A stretch of 64,000 bases of DNA from Selaginella moellendorffii. Its lineage: Eukaryota; Plantae; Lycopodiophyta. Positions 44,515 through 57,909 of this stretch are shown piece after piece. The stretch is from positions 1,508,446-1,572,445 of the forward strand of contig NW_003314265.1 of the NCBI RefSeq assembly GCF_000143415.4, in the 5' to 3' direction. The first letter of the stretch is position 1. Every line of letters begins with the position of its first letter. A program made the translations under genes and the position numbers. The notes beneath the pieces are model-generated. The model saw only the letters and a program-made list of their open reading frames with translations. It searched no databases and was not told the DNA's origin.

Positions 44515-46883
44515 ATGCGAAGTAGAGCTTCCTCGCTGGGCTGGCTGCTGACGCTCGCCATCGTCTCCTCCACCATCGCCGTCTTCCACTCGCCAAGATG
44601 TAAGTGAAAGCTCTCCAGCTTTTCGCGAGTTCTTTTCGTCTCTCGCTCTTCCCAAGCCTGTGAGTTTGCAATCACTGCTCCGTCGCTGTTGCGAACTTTT
44701 CGCAAGTTCTTCTCGTCTCTCTACCTTCCCAAGCCTGTAAGTTTGTGACCACTGCTCCGTCGATGTTGCGAACTTTTCACAAGTTCTTCTCGTCTCTCTA
44801 CCTTCCCAAGCCTGTGAGTTTGTGACCACTGCTCCGTCAATGTGCGTCAGAAGGCTTCCATCTTCTCATTCCTGGGAAACCTCCATCTTCTCATTCCTGA
44901 GAAAGCTTCCATATTCTCATTCCATTCCTGTGCTTGGTAACCCGGTTTCCGCTTTCTGATACAGTCCTGCTCTTCCACCAGGTGCTCAGGCCGCCACCAG
45001 CGCCAACATTGGCATCAACTACGGCCAAGTCGCAAACAACCTCCCATCTCCGCAGCGAGTCGTGCAGCTCATCCGCTCCACCACCATCCGCAAAGTCAAG
45101 CTCTACGATGCCAATCCCCTCGTCCTCAGTGCCTTTGCCGGCAGTAGCGTCGAGTTCATCGTCACGGTCAAGAACGAGGACATCACCAGCCTCCTCGACT
45201 ACCAAGTCGCGCTCAAATGGGCCAGCGAGAACGTCGCCCTCTACATGCAGTCCTCCCCCATCAAGATCATCTCCGTCGGCAACCAGGTGCTCACCGAGGC
45301 CAACGTCTCCTCCTCCGTCCACACGCAGCTCGTCACTGTCATGACCAACTTGCACACGGCCCTCGACGACCTCAAGCTCAGCCACCGGGTCTTCGTCTCC
45401 ACTTCCCACTCCATGGCCATCCTAGGCAAGAGCTTCCCTCCTTCCGATGGAGAGTTCAAGGACTCCATCACCAAGCCGGTCATGCTGCCGCTTCTCCGCT
45501 TCCTCAACCAGACCGGCGCCCCGTTCATGGTGAACATCTATCCTTACTTCTCCTACAAGGCCAAGCCGCTCGACATTTCCCTGGCGTACGCGCTCTTCCT
45601 CACCAACAACGGCGTCACCGATTCAAAGTCGAAGCTCCACTACGACAACCTCTTCGATGCACAAGTCGACGCTGTCTACTCGGCCATGAGCAAGCTGGGC
45701 TTCACCAACATCCCTGTCCTCGTCTCCGAGACGGGCTGGCCGTCAAACGGCTCTCCCATCGAGCTGGCGGCGAGCGTCTCCAACGCGATGACTTACAACC
45801 GGAACCTCGTCAAGCACATACAATCGGGGGCCGGAACACCGATGCGACCAAAGCAGGAGCTCCAAGTCTTCATCTTTGCTCTCTTCAACGAGAACAAGAA
45901 GCCCGGCCCGACCTCGCAGAGAAACTTCGGACTCTTCAGGCCGGGTGATCTCTCCACCGTCTACGACATTGGAATTCTCCAGGGCCATTCCACATCTCCT
46001 TCCGGCAATCCTCCACCACCTTTGCAAATTCCCATCCAGCAGCCCCCTCCATCACCATTTACCATTCCAATACCACGACCACCTTCACCAATGACGACTA
46101 GAAGACCGCCACCGCCACCAAGACCGCCTCCATCTCCATACAGACCAGTTTATCCACCGCCATCGCGCTCTCCTTCACCACCACCTCCACACATAACGAA
46201 ACCACCACCATCGCCACCGCCTCTTCCCACTTGTCCTCCATCAAGACCAATGCCACCACCACCATCTTACTCCCCTCCTCCAGTCATCTCAAGACCTCCT
46301 CCACATCCTCCTGTGGTTCCATGGCCGCCCGTCTATCGTCCACCGCCTGTCTATCCTCCCTCACCATCCTATCCTCCAGTTTATCCTTCTCCAATGCTGC
46401 CACCTCCAACACCTGTTTACGTTCCATCACCCCGGCCTCCATACTACTATCCTCCGGTGAATCCTGCTCCTGTTGTCATGCTGCCACCACCTCCATCGGC
46501 TCCGACGACTCCATCTCCAGGCCAAGGCGGAGGAACTCACATCTGGTGCGTAGCAAAACCGGGAGGTGATACTGCGACGCTCATGTCGGCTCTCAACTAC
46601 GCCTGTGGTGAAGGAGGAGCAGACTGCTCGGCAATTCAACCCGGTGGAAGCTGCTTCCAGCCAAATACCGTCGATGCCCATGCTTCGTATGCCTTTAACA
46701 GCTACTACCAGAAACACGGTCGGAATTACTGGAACTGCTACTTCGATGGGAATGCACTGGTCACAGTATCGGATCCAAGTAAGTTGAAAATGAAAAAGGA
46801 AGAGAAAATAAAAACTTTTCGCGACTTACCCCGTCGTTGTTGGTTTTGCAGGCTCTGGTTCGTGCATCTATCCGTCTCAGTAA
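44515..46883 (+). CDS. GH17 beta-1,3-glucanase-like protein with Pro-rich extensin-like linker and X8/CBM43; acid/base Glu replaced by Gln
   Basis: Signal exon 44515-44599. Exon 2 from 44982: IGINYGQVANNLP, VKLYD, SVGNQV, PFMVNIYPYF, VSETGWPS, FALFNEN; X8 WCVAKP..LNYACG..HASYAFNSYYQ. Last exon ends SGSCIYPSQ*. Confidence 0.95.
44624..44930. repeat. Intronic tandem repeats: ~77-bp unit x3, then ~25-bp unit x3
   Basis: agttcttctcgtctctctaccttcccaagcctgt(a/g)agtttgtgaccactgctccgtc at ~44627, 44705 and 44782; ccatcttctcattcctg-like units at ~44858-44930. Confidence 0.92.
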
Positions 46884-47037
46884 GGTTTTCGCGGTGTGTA
46901 AATCGTGCAGTCTTTTGTATAATTGTGAGGCTCTACAAATCCAAAATGGTGAAGCTGTTGTTGATGATGATCTCGGAAATAAATTCGAGGGTTCGAGACT
47001 GGTCTTTGGCTTTTAATTCTCTCGCCACAGGTTTAGC

Positions 47038-47830
47038 ATGGCGACTGGCTTGCATAGCTATGGTTGCATCGGCGCAAGTACCAGGGCTCCAAGCCTGCAA
47101 GCTCGAACCGTAAGTATCCCCATCGTATCCTCTATCGTCTGTGTGTTCACCCATTGCTTTAAATCCAGCAGCTCCAATCACCAGCAATTCAGAGTGTCGT
47201 ATCACAAAAGACTGCAAAAACTCTTTGCCGGTCAGCAGCAACATCGAGTTCTGCAATCTCACCTAAGGATTCGTCCTCGAAAAGCGGTTGATTAATAGCT
47301 AGCTTGTTCTGACTCTTGCCATCTCCTTGTCTCTGTGTAGCAATTGAGTACATAGACTTGCATCATGTTGGGTTCCTTTGCAGCAATCTGGAAAAGTCGC
47401 TGGAATTCTACTGCGGTGTCTTAGGTGAGTGTTCAATTATTTCCCAGTATGTGCTCTGGAAAAAAAAAGAGTTTCAGGATTAGAGCTGAATCCAGAGAGA
47501 CCCGAAAAGAAGTTACCGTATCGTGGAGCATGGTTGTGGGTTGGTCCTGGTATGATTCATCTCATGGAGCTTCCAAACCCGGATCCTTTAACTGGTCGAC
47601 CGGAGCATGGTGGACGAGATCGTCACGCGTGCGTCACCATTAAAGACGTCTCTAAACTTCAGGCTGCGTTAGACAGCGCAGGTATCTCTTGAATTTCCCT
47701 GATTCCTGACATGATCTCTTTCTTGCTGTGACGGCAAGGCATTGTTTACACTGCAAGCAAATCCGGAAGACCTGCTCTTTTCACCCGTGATCCAGACGGC
47801 AACGCGCTTGAGTTCGCAGAGCCTATGTAA
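47038..47830 (+). CDS. Glyoxalase I-like / VOC superfamily protein; multi-exon
   Basis: LHHVGFLCSNLEKSLEFYCGVL|GLELNPERPEKKLPYRGAWLWVG..IHLMELPNPDP..GGRDRHAC..|KSGRPALFTRDPDGNALEF. Confidence 0.92.
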
Positions 47831-47966
47831 GCTTTTAAGTTAGATCGAAAGGGGAAAAGAAAAACGAAGATAACTTACTTTGCATATCCCACATTGTTTG
47901 TCACTCCGTGCTGTTAAAGAAAAAACCATCTAGCAGTTCCTGAAGAAGAGACTTCGTTTAGAACTT

Positions 47967-50711
47967 TCATTGCCGATCGTGGTTAGAGCTGTGCCTGGAA
48001 ATAGCAATCGCCTCCTCGAAAGCATCCATAAGCTGTGCGGCAAGACCAACCGGATCGTCAATCATGGACTGAATGTAGATGCTCACGACACGCCTTTGCT
48101 GATCACTGGCCTTCAGCCCCAGCCAAGTGAAGAAACGCATCCGGAACTCGGGTTTTATGTGGCCCTGGCACTCGAGCCACCGCACCATCTTCACACAGTG
48201 CTCGAATATCTTGTCCGTCCACCTCCACGCACTCTTATAGCTCGTGTTGTCCCTGTCCCCGGCGTGAACTATTTTCGTCGCCGCAGGCTCGTCAGCTTTT
48301 CGTTTCTTGGACGCTGAATCGTCGTCCGCATTCCTTGGTCCAGTTACGAAAGGATGCTCAACAGCCGACTTTGACTTGCACGTCTGCGAACTAGCGCTCG
48401 AGTTCTTTGCAGCTGTAGTCAAGCCTGTCAAATTCGTCGTCTCTGTCTCTGAGTCTCTCCCCCTTGTCTCCAAGTCCAAGTCAGTACTTAAGTTCTTCGC
48501 TGTGGAGTTTGTAATGGCGCTTGAGTTCTTCGCCGTTGTCTCCGAGGCCAGGCTTGAATTCTTCGGAGTTCCCATCCTTACTGCTTCGGAAATCCTCATC
48601 AAGTTGTTAAATTGCAAGCTGACTGGTTGAACCCCTGAAGCAGCTTCCAAGCCTGTAGTTGAAGGAACTACACTATCTTGCAGCGCCGTCGTCACGGTTT
48701 GAAGAGGCACGTCATCCTTCCGTTGCACACTATCTATTAAGTTCTCATGCTGTGCAGTATGCTTGACATCCATCGATGGCAAACTCGCAGGTTCTGCAAC
48801 CGTCGATGGACAATTCAGCTCGGCGTCCACCACACCTGAATCTGATGATGGTGTCGCCAAGTTAGTACTTAAGTTCTTCGCTGTTGTGTTCGGTACATCA
48901 GAAATGGCGCTTGAGTTCCTCGCTGTTGTTGGATTCTTTGGAGTTGCCATCCTTACTGCTTCGGAAATCTTCATCAAGTTGTGAAATTGCAACCTGACTG
49001 GTTGAACCCCTGGCGCAGCTTCCAAGCCTGTAGTTGAAGGAACTTCTCGAGATACACTATCTTCCGGCGCCGTCGTAGTCACTGTTTGAAAAGGCACATC
49101 ATCCTTCCGTTGCGCACAATCTATTAAGTTCTCCTGCTGTGCAGTATGCTTGACATTCATCGATGGCAAGCTCGCTGGTTCTGCAGCTGTCGAAGGACAA
49201 TTGGCGTCCACCACACCTGAAGCTGATGATGTAGCACTAGCCTTCTCCTCGGAGCAGGCACTGATCCCAGTTTCCAATGCCGTCTGCGTTTCTGGAAGAA
49301 GAGTCTCAGGCTTGCAGCTTTCCATGCACTTGATCGAACAAATTTCTTGGACATGGGCTTGGTCGTCCACCACTTCAGCCTTCGGGTTGAGCAGCACTGC
49401 TCCCTCTTTAGCTATCTGGCCCGAGCTCATGCCACAGTTTATTAAAGGATCGGCACAAGCTTCCTCCTTTTGTTTCGTGTAGCACCTGGACTCGCAAAAC
49501 CCTTCGTCACCCTTGGCCGAAAAAGCTACGGCCTTGAACATGTAGCCTGTACCCGGCTTTAAGTCGGTTACCAGGGCCTTCTGCAAGACCGAAATGGTTG
49601 TCGTTGGCACAGAGCGGTATGTACCCCGATTCTTTCTATGCCAGAGCTTGAAGCCCAGTATACTCTCCCCGGAACTTCCAGGCGTTTTCTGGATCACCGC
49701 GAGCAGCACAGAATTCATAGAGACCTCCATAAATTCGAACTGAAACACCGGAGGCTCTGCGAAAGAAAAGCGTCAATACCACCAAACACAAAAACTCTGT
49801 TACCTGGAAGCCGAGGCTTCACGTCGAAAACGTCCAAGGACTCAAGAGCTTGCCTTATGGAATCCAAAATCACAGTAGCTGACGAGAGGCGGCTCACAAG
49901 TCCTCTAGCCGAGAAAGGGCCGATATCTAGCAAGAGTTTGTCGAGAGCACTCTGGGCATTCTCACCACATTGTCTATACTTCTCACTTCCACTCACAAGC
50001 TTGGTAGCGATCGTCAGACGCTCGTAGAGAACATCCACGCGACGAGCTTCCTTTGCCCGTAAGAACTGCTTCTGCAAGGTCCTACAAGAGAAGGAAGTTA
50101 TAATCGTCTTCGTGGAGAACAGAGATCTCTGTGACGTACCCGAGCAGGCCAGTGATTGCTCCACAACTCAAGCACCGGTAGCTCGCGTCGACGACGGCAT
50201 CGCTGCTGGATTTGAGGACGCACTGAATGTGGCAGCTCAAGGCGCAGGACGCGACGACAACGCCATCGCCGTCGCCACACACGAACCACAAGCTGGGATC
50301 TTTGTTGTCGTCGTATTTCCTGCAAATCCAGCACGAGCACCTCTTGCAGAAGCCGCCGGCTTGGTGGAGGACCGCGCGGCACGAAGGATTCGCACAGCGC
50401 ATCGTCGGCGCCGCGCTCGCACTGCGGGCGGGATTAGGGCTGCTGCAGCCAGTAGATTGCGCGCCTGCCGCTTCGAGCTTCTTCCTGCGCCTGGCCGGGA
50501 GAGGGAGAGAGGGAGAAATGCAAGGAGCTAGAGGAGGAGGAGGAGGAGGAGGAGGGGGAGGATGGGGAGAAGCGGAAGGAGGAGGAGCATTGAATCCACG
50601 AACGCAATCGATGAGCATTTCGTTGGTGTAGCCAATGAATCGCCTGTTGTCGCCAGTCTCGCTGTTGATGCGATTGATGAGCTGAGCGCGCGTGAGACCC
50701 TCGAGGGCCAT
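47967..50711 (-). CDS. VIN3-like (VIL/VEL) protein: atypical PHD, FNIII, C-terminal VEL/VID domain, with an internal duplication
   Basis: CANPSCRA..FCKRCSCWICRKYDDNKDPSLWFVC..SCHIQC; AKEARRVDVL; FNIII (GFKLWHR, LKPGTGYMFKAVAF); FEHCVKMVRWLECQGHIKPEFRMRFFTW..DDPVGLAAQLMDAF. Confidence 0.93.
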
Positions 50712-52192
50712 CTTCAAACTAAAAACTAGGGTTCATCCACCACTTATAACTAGATTACATGTTTATAGTCACCTTTAGCCTGTGAGATCTTTGTACTTTT
50801 ACTCAAATCCAATGCGAGTGAGCTTGTGGTGATGGTGTTGTTTATTATTTGCTAGCTTCTGTGGCGGCATTTTCAAAGGAAGTTCACTTCCGCGGGACAC
50901 ATTGGTTAGTCAACTTTTAACTGATTTTTATCATTTATCAAACGAAAAATTAAGATTTTTCTAAGCACACATGTGCTCATGACGTAAAATATTTGATTAT
51001 GTGCTCCAATTTGTAATACAAATAGGCTTCATGGCTCTTGCACAAGCACAGAAAACGTCCATCAATGTTTGCAAAATTGAATTTCGTTTCCTTCCAGTAT
51101 GCATGCTATCTGAGAAAGCAGAGGTAAAATTCTATATTCCTGCATAGATATCTGACGATGTGCTTGATTTCAATGACCAGGTGTGCGATTATATGCTGCC
51201 GATTACGACAGGAAAATGGGGAACTGACGGAACAGTGGAGATATCAGTTTTCAACAACACATCTAGAAGTGGCCCACAATTTCTAGATCTGGACAATCCA
51301 GGGGATGATTTCAAGGCTGATACCCAAGAAAAGTCCATGCTTGAGAAATATCTGTGGTTTTAAGCTCACCCTTAGGGACATTTGGCCAAGACAATGGGAG
51401 CATCGTGGTGCATCTATTGTTTGCAAGAGCAGTGGTGAAGAGATATCAAGTTATCGATGTAGCTGTGGCAGCTTTGGAGAATACCTGTCGACTCAACTGA
51501 TCGGACGAAAGTCAGATAGTGTGTGGGTGAGTGATTGTGAACGGATGGCATGCAGGACAACATATGAGAATCCCAAGTGAGACCAATGGTATCTTGAGTG
51601 AATGTGTGCAAGCTTAAATAATCACTGTTTGAAAATAAAGTTCAGCATATGCACCTCAGACCAGGGACTTGTGCATAATGCATTTGCCATTATGCATCTG
51701 TTCGAGGCTGTGAGTAGAAGCTCCGGATGAAGCTCCCTTGCACATGGAGCATAGCATGAAGCGAGGAAGACCGCCTCGCATGAGGTATGTTTCTAAGTCA
51801 AGCTTGTGGGCGGGCTAACTGCACTCCAGGCGAAGCTGCCGGGTGGTTGGTGGGTGTGGGCTGGGTGCGAGGTGGGGAATCGTCCCCCACATCGTCCAAA
51901 TTTGAGGCAATCTCGATCCAAGACCCACAGCCACAGCAAGTGGAAGTGGGACAAACAAATTAGAGAGATGCAAAACAAAGGAGGGAGCAACTAAAGGCAA
52001 AGGAGTTTGTTTATATATTTACTTCAAAATTATATCAAGAAAACTAGTTTTTTAAAAGTAATTTCAAATTATGGATGGGCTTCCTAGCAAAGTATTATAG
52101 AAGTCTGCAAAATATATAAAATAAAAACATGTGTGCTTGAATATATGTGTGACTCACAAAAATATTCCAAATACTACTAAACCTAAAGACTA

Positions 52193-53885
52193 TTAATCCC
52201 AAGTATTCTAAAACTATTAACCAATTGAGAAAAAAGGGTACATTCTTATTTATGACCCTTTGTTCTTTATATTTGAACTTTTATGAATTATCTTTTGAGT
52301 CATTTTCTTTGATTGTTTACAACATGATATTTTTTAGTATAAAAGCTGAATTTTGACTTTTGGATCTCATGGGAAACATGGTGGATTGTTAACAATAAAA
52401 AACAATGACTTAAGAAATAATCCTTGTGGGTTTAAATATAAAAGGAAAAAGCCCATACATAAGAATAAAAATGCATCCCTTTTTTCAATTGATTAAAGGT
52501 TTTAAAATACTTGGGATTAAGTATCATTGAGTTTGAATAGCATTAAAACTTATATAAATGTTGATTCCTTAAAGCTTAAATGCACTTCAAAATCCCAAAA
52601 GGATCAAATTGATCTCCAAATCAATCCCTTATCTTCACTAAAAGAAAATTTGCCCAATTATTTGAATGATTGTTTTATTAGACAAATGGACTTGTAGGGA
52701 CCACTTTATTGCTTTAGAGACTTGTAATTTACTTTGGCATTAGTTCTTAAATAGTGCTTTTTTGGTTGCAAAGAAACTTGTGGTGGCATCCATTAGCAAT
52801 TTTATAATATAAATTATACTTAAGGAAGATTTCCCTTTTTGTTTCTTAAATTTCTCCTTTTGTATAGTAAACAAATATTCTAAATGATCTAAACTCTCAA
52901 TCTTTCAAGTTTGAGCAAAATATAATTATGACTATTTAAATGCTATTTAGGGCTTAGGGATTTATGTGTTACAACTCCACCACCCATATACTAAGTTTAA
53001 TATCTTTATGTATTGTTTGCTATAATGATGCTTTGTGGACTGCAATAGCTTTTGATATTTGGTACTTTAATTTAAAGTTATGGCTTTATGGTTGATTCAA
53101 ACATTTGGCAATTGTATATAAAGTTGTAGCTAGCTTATTAAATTTTGTAATTGATTGACACTTGGGTTTTTAGTTTAGTTATGATTATTAACAAATATGT
53201 TGGTGGTTCTATAAATGCTTCAAGTTTTTATGGCAATATATAATCACTTAGTAGAAGCTCCAAAATGTTCAATTTGACTTATTGTTATCACTTTTTTATC
53301 TTTTAAAGAGGAGGAAAATGTTGTGTGTGTGTGTGTGTCTATATATATATATATATTACCCATAAGTTCTTAAATTGGATTTCCAGAAGGTTATTTAGCC
53401 TAATATTACTCAAAATCAATGACAGTTAACCCTAAATATCTTAAAAGCCTTAACCAATTAGAAAAAAAAATGCACTTTTGTTTATGGGACCATTTTTCTT
53501 TATATTTAAACCCTTATAAATCCTTTGCAAACTCAAATTATTATAAATAAAAGTTGAGAGTTACAACTCTTTTGAAAGCTTTGCTCTTTTGATACTTTAC
53601 CCCTCAAATCGAGCCTAGTCATAGGCAAATTAGTATGCTTGCCAAATGTCAATCTCAACATGTAGTGTAATTATGAATTGGTAGAGTTGCTAGATGTTAA
53701 CCTCAACATATAGTATGATTCCCTTAACCAACTAATAAAGTTAAACTAGAGGTCACATAATCTAATATTAAAGAACAGTTAACCTTAAGTATCTTCACAC
53801 TTTAATCAATTAAAAAAAGAAGTGCACTTTTATTCATAAACCTTTTCCTTTTATATTTGAACCCTTATAAATTGTCTTTTGAGTT
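52193..53885. repeat. ~115-bp AT-rich element, four copies; the first two are inverted (foldback/MITE-like)
   Basis: ttaatcccaagtatt.taaaac..ttaa.caattga..aaaaggg..catt...tt.ctttatattt.aac at 52193-52308 (+), 52401-52520 (-), ~53422-53520 (+) and ~53774-53885 (+). Confidence 0.75.
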
Positions 53886-54729
53886 TTTTTTTAGTTACTT
53901 ACATTACCCTAAGTAATATGTTAACTTTAGTATTATAATATATAGACTATCCATTTGGGATTGCATCTACTCTATCTATTCTTGTATATAATTGTAATCA
54001 TATCAATATTCTTTATGCTATTGAGTAAATCAAATTCTAGATCATCACCATCTATTAATGACGAAACTAATATAATGAAATAGTTTATAGTAATATATTT
54101 AGCCATATATTTTAAAAGAAATTGAAGGCTAAGTTGTACTACTTATATTACTAGGTTGTGATAGTAAATATCTCATTAAAATTTATTACTATTATATAAT
54201 AAGATATTTAAGAGATGAATTTTATTGTTATTGCAAAATAATATTTTCCTTTTATCAAGTTTTATGCTTCTCTACACTTTTTGAATGAACTTTTTTAAGA
54301 ATATGTATTAAGAAAAATATAAATTGAAATAACAAGTTTTTTTATAATACTTATATTTGATATATTTTTTCTGAATATGCATTAATTAATATAAATTAAA
54401 TAATTAAATCATATAGCCACTCTCTCCTTTAAGCTACTCATATTAATGGCTATAGCATATTTTTAATATCCATTTCATTACAAATTTAGGAATTCCACTC
54501 TTCATACTTGGAGCTGAGATGGCGAGATCTTACCTCATGACTGAGGTCCAATATCTGCAATCCCACCAAAAAAATGACCTTTGACTTAATCCCAGCCAAA
54601 ATCAATTTGTTAAGCATGCAAATAAAATTGGTTCTGTTATCAATTATTAATTACATTAATGCTTGTAAATTAGGGTTCACGAGGGTTTTGATTTCCAATT
54701 GAGGCGCCGGTGCTAGATCCGGGATCGTC

Positions 54730-57562
54730 ATGGCTTCCTGGCTGCGTGCAGCGGAAGGTAAATTCTTTGTCTATCTGCCAGCTGCATTGCGGCCTCACTC
54801 TCCAAAACAAAATATCGTCAGAGCTTCTAGAGGTCGTGGATCGCACTGCCAAGCAAGCGGTACCGGTCACAGGTGAGTCTTAGCTCATGTTTTAGATGGT
54901 AACTTCTCGGTCCTTGTTTGCTTAGTGTCCGATGGGGGGCAACGAAAGGCTCTTACTTCCACACATTTGAGAGAGGTACTTAAATTCTTGGCATTGGAAG
55001 TTTTGAGTTTGTTTTCTTTTGCTCTTGTTCGTGTTATTCCAGAAAACAAGCTCCGGCTTGGCAGAGGCACTAGTGAAGGGTGATGGAGGAGTCGAGAATG
55101 GTTTTTTCTCGGCGAGAGATGTTGCTGAGCCTCGGAAGTCAAGTGGAGCAGCCGATGAAACAACCGTCTCGAGCAGTGACGAGCGTGTCAACTGTGATAT
55201 GACGACGGAGAATGGGACTGTTAGTGTGAATCTGTCGACTATTGCGGAATCAGCAAAAGAGAAACAACAGCCGAACACCAACGAAGGCAAGTTTGGAACG
55301 CTTGATTCTCAGGTGGAAGAGGTGAGATTCATGTGTATTTTAGATGGGGAGCGAGTTTGAATACCATTCTTGCAGGCTAACCGGCTGTTGCAATCTTCTG
55401 CCACATCCGGAAAATCAAAAGAAGCTCGTCTCGCGAAGGTGGCTTTGTCTTTTTCTCGTCTAAATTTTGAAGTTTTTTCTTTGTAGGTGTGCGCTGGACT
55501 TTCGACAAGGCTTCAGGAACTCAAGTCTGAAAATGCTCAGCTGGAGGAATTACTTCGACTAGAGGTAACTAAGTTGTCTAGATGAGAATACGACTGACAC
55601 TCATTCTGTAGAAAGAAGCGAAAAGTTCTATTAGCGCTACCTTACATCTACTTCAAGGAGAGCTAGCTCTTGCAAGGTCAGGGACAAATGCGGCGGAATC
55701 AGAAATGGTGGCTGCTTTGGCTTCAAAAAATTCAGAGATTGAAGCACTCTCAATCAGCTTGGAGACTGCCAATCGGCAAGCTCAGGCCGCCGAAGAAAAA
55801 CTGGCGCTGGTTCAGGTTTGTCGTCCTATATCAAATCTAGCGTGCTTTATATCGTGTTATTCAGGCAGGAATGGAGTCCATAATGAAGAACCGGGAAATA
55901 ACTGAAACAAGAATGATACAGGTGGGTGTCTTCCTATTTCCGTGGACTACTAGAGACGTTTTGAACAGACTCTTCGTCTCGATCTTGCCTCGGCGGAGCG
56001 GAGGGTAGAGGAAGAACGCGCTGCTCATAGTGCCAGTCGAATGGTTTGTTCCGGTTTTCGTTTTTTGTTTCGCCGACATGTATTTTCCTCGATAGGCTGC
56101 AGTCCAGAGGGAGGCAGAGCTTGAGCAGCAAATGGCAGAATCAACAACCGCAGTTACCAGAATGCAGGTGTATATCTATGTTGTTTTCAGATACTCACAC
56201 TTATGCGCAGAGAATAGTGGATGAAAGATCTCAAAAAGCATTTGAGCTTGAGCAGAAGGCAGCGATGCTTGAAGTAAGCAAATTTAATTTTGACATCTGT
56301 TTTGACATTGCATTGCAGGTGGAATGTGCTACTCTGAATCAAGAGCTACAGAAAATGGAATTGCGAGCGCGACGAGAACAAAAGAAGCCATCTGAAGAAT
56401 TTAGTCAAAGCGTAAATGAGTTCATAGCCAGTTTGGAAACGTATGCCGTAACACTGCCCGATCCTGCAGGCCTGGAGAGAAGAGGCGGAGCGTGCAAGAG
56501 TTGCTCAAAGAGAAGCAGAAACCAAACTATCCATTTTGGAGGTGAGCTACTGCAAGGACTTGGCAAGATGTTGACTGGTGCGTTTTCTGTTTCAGGCGGA
56601 GTGTCAAAAGCTGCGAGTGGACCTTGCCAGTGCTAAGCAGGACTTTGATGTCAGCTCAACTCAGGTGCAGATTTTGTAAGTCATGTGGTGTGTGAAAATG
56701 CAGCTTGGTGTTGAAACATATGTCCCCGTCATATCTCTGAAGTTTCTGATGGACTCTGGCTTACAGGCACATATCGAGCTGCAGAAGCAGTACAAGGAAG
56801 TGATGGAGCTTTTGGTATGGCCGAAGTAAATGTTCTTTTTGCGTTCCAACTTGTTTGTTTCAGTTTTTGAAGCAGGCACAACTCGAGAAAGTGTCTTCCG
56901 AGAAGGCAGCCATGCAATTTCAGCTGGAGAAGGAGTCGAAGAAATTCAGAGACGCGAACGTAAGATGCGGCCGGATGCGATTCTTACTGATAGCACCTCT
57001 ATTTGCAGGCCGAGGTGGAAAGAAGCAGACGCCAATTCTCTGCGATCGGAGTTGACGATGACAACGAATTGAAATCTTTTGAGTACGTTTTCTTTGTTTT
57101 TTTTTTTTTTGGCCCTTTGAGCAAATGGTGTTTCCCCAGGACTTTGGGCCTTCACCAACGTCGGATGGTACCAAGTTTACAGCGTTTTGTTGGACCGAGC
57201 ATTCAGGTTCGTCTCTAGTGCCGACCTGGTTTCAGATTTTCTCTTTTCTTTGCGTTCATTTCAGGCAGCTGCTAAGTTCCTTGACTCTGGAGCTGTCACT
57301 GCTGGTCGATACCTGTGGCGTCGACCCCTTGCAAGGCTTTTTGTAGTGTGCTACTTGGTAAGATCAAACATCTTGTTTCTGCGCTGTCGGGCTGACAGTT
57401 TGGTTGCAGGTGTTTGTTCACTTCTGCTTGATGTACTTGCTTCATCGTCTCCAGGTAAGATTTGTTTAGCCAGTTTGCTGCATTGGACACGGTTTCTTTG
57501 ATGGGCAGGCAAAAACTATAGAAGAAATTGAGGCAGCAGCAGGCTTGATGAAGAATGGGTGA
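54730..57562 (+). CDS. GC1: Golgin-84 / golgin candidate 1; many short exons, C-terminal TM
   Basis: MASWLRAAE|ELLEVVDRTAKQ, GKSKEARLAKVCAGLSTRLQELKSENAQLEELL, VEEERAAH, KFLDSGAVTAGRYLWRRPLARLFVVCYL|VFVHFCLMYLLHRLQ. Confidence 0.93.
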
Positions 57563-57905
57563 AAGAAAACTCTAAAGAAAAATCTTTCATATATAACCTC
57601 TGGCGCTACGGTTTTGAGGGATTTCCAGGAAAAAGAGCGATTCCTTCAAGTAGTTTCTTATATGTTCTTAATATAAAAACGTATATACAAACACGGAAAG
57701 CTGGCTCGGCAAAGAGCAAATAAAGAACATAGTAAAAGAGATGATGGACTTGATCTTCAAGCTCAACATCACAGCTGGGAGTTTCCAGAAGTCCCAAAGT
57801 ATCAGCTCTCAACATCAGAAGTAAAATGCATTGCATGTATCTAAGAATAGGGTCCTTTGTTCCTTAGTTGGGATTGTAAACACTTCATATAAAATAAGAA
57901 AATAT

Positions 57906-57909
<4 letters not shown>

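Noticed and set aside
44624-44840. Regular repeats resembling a CRISPR array (also 16023-16134, 59939-60036)
   Set aside because: Eukaryotic context, no unique spacers, no cas genes; ordinary tandem repeats.
46780-47113. C-terminal extension of the 683-aa glucanase ORF
   Set aside because: Read-through of the intron starting at GTAAGT ~46779; the spliced gene ends SGSCIYPSQ* at 46883.
51100-52000. Short ORFs upstream of the VIN3-like gene
   Set aside because: No recognisable domain or coherent exon chain; cannot support a gene call.
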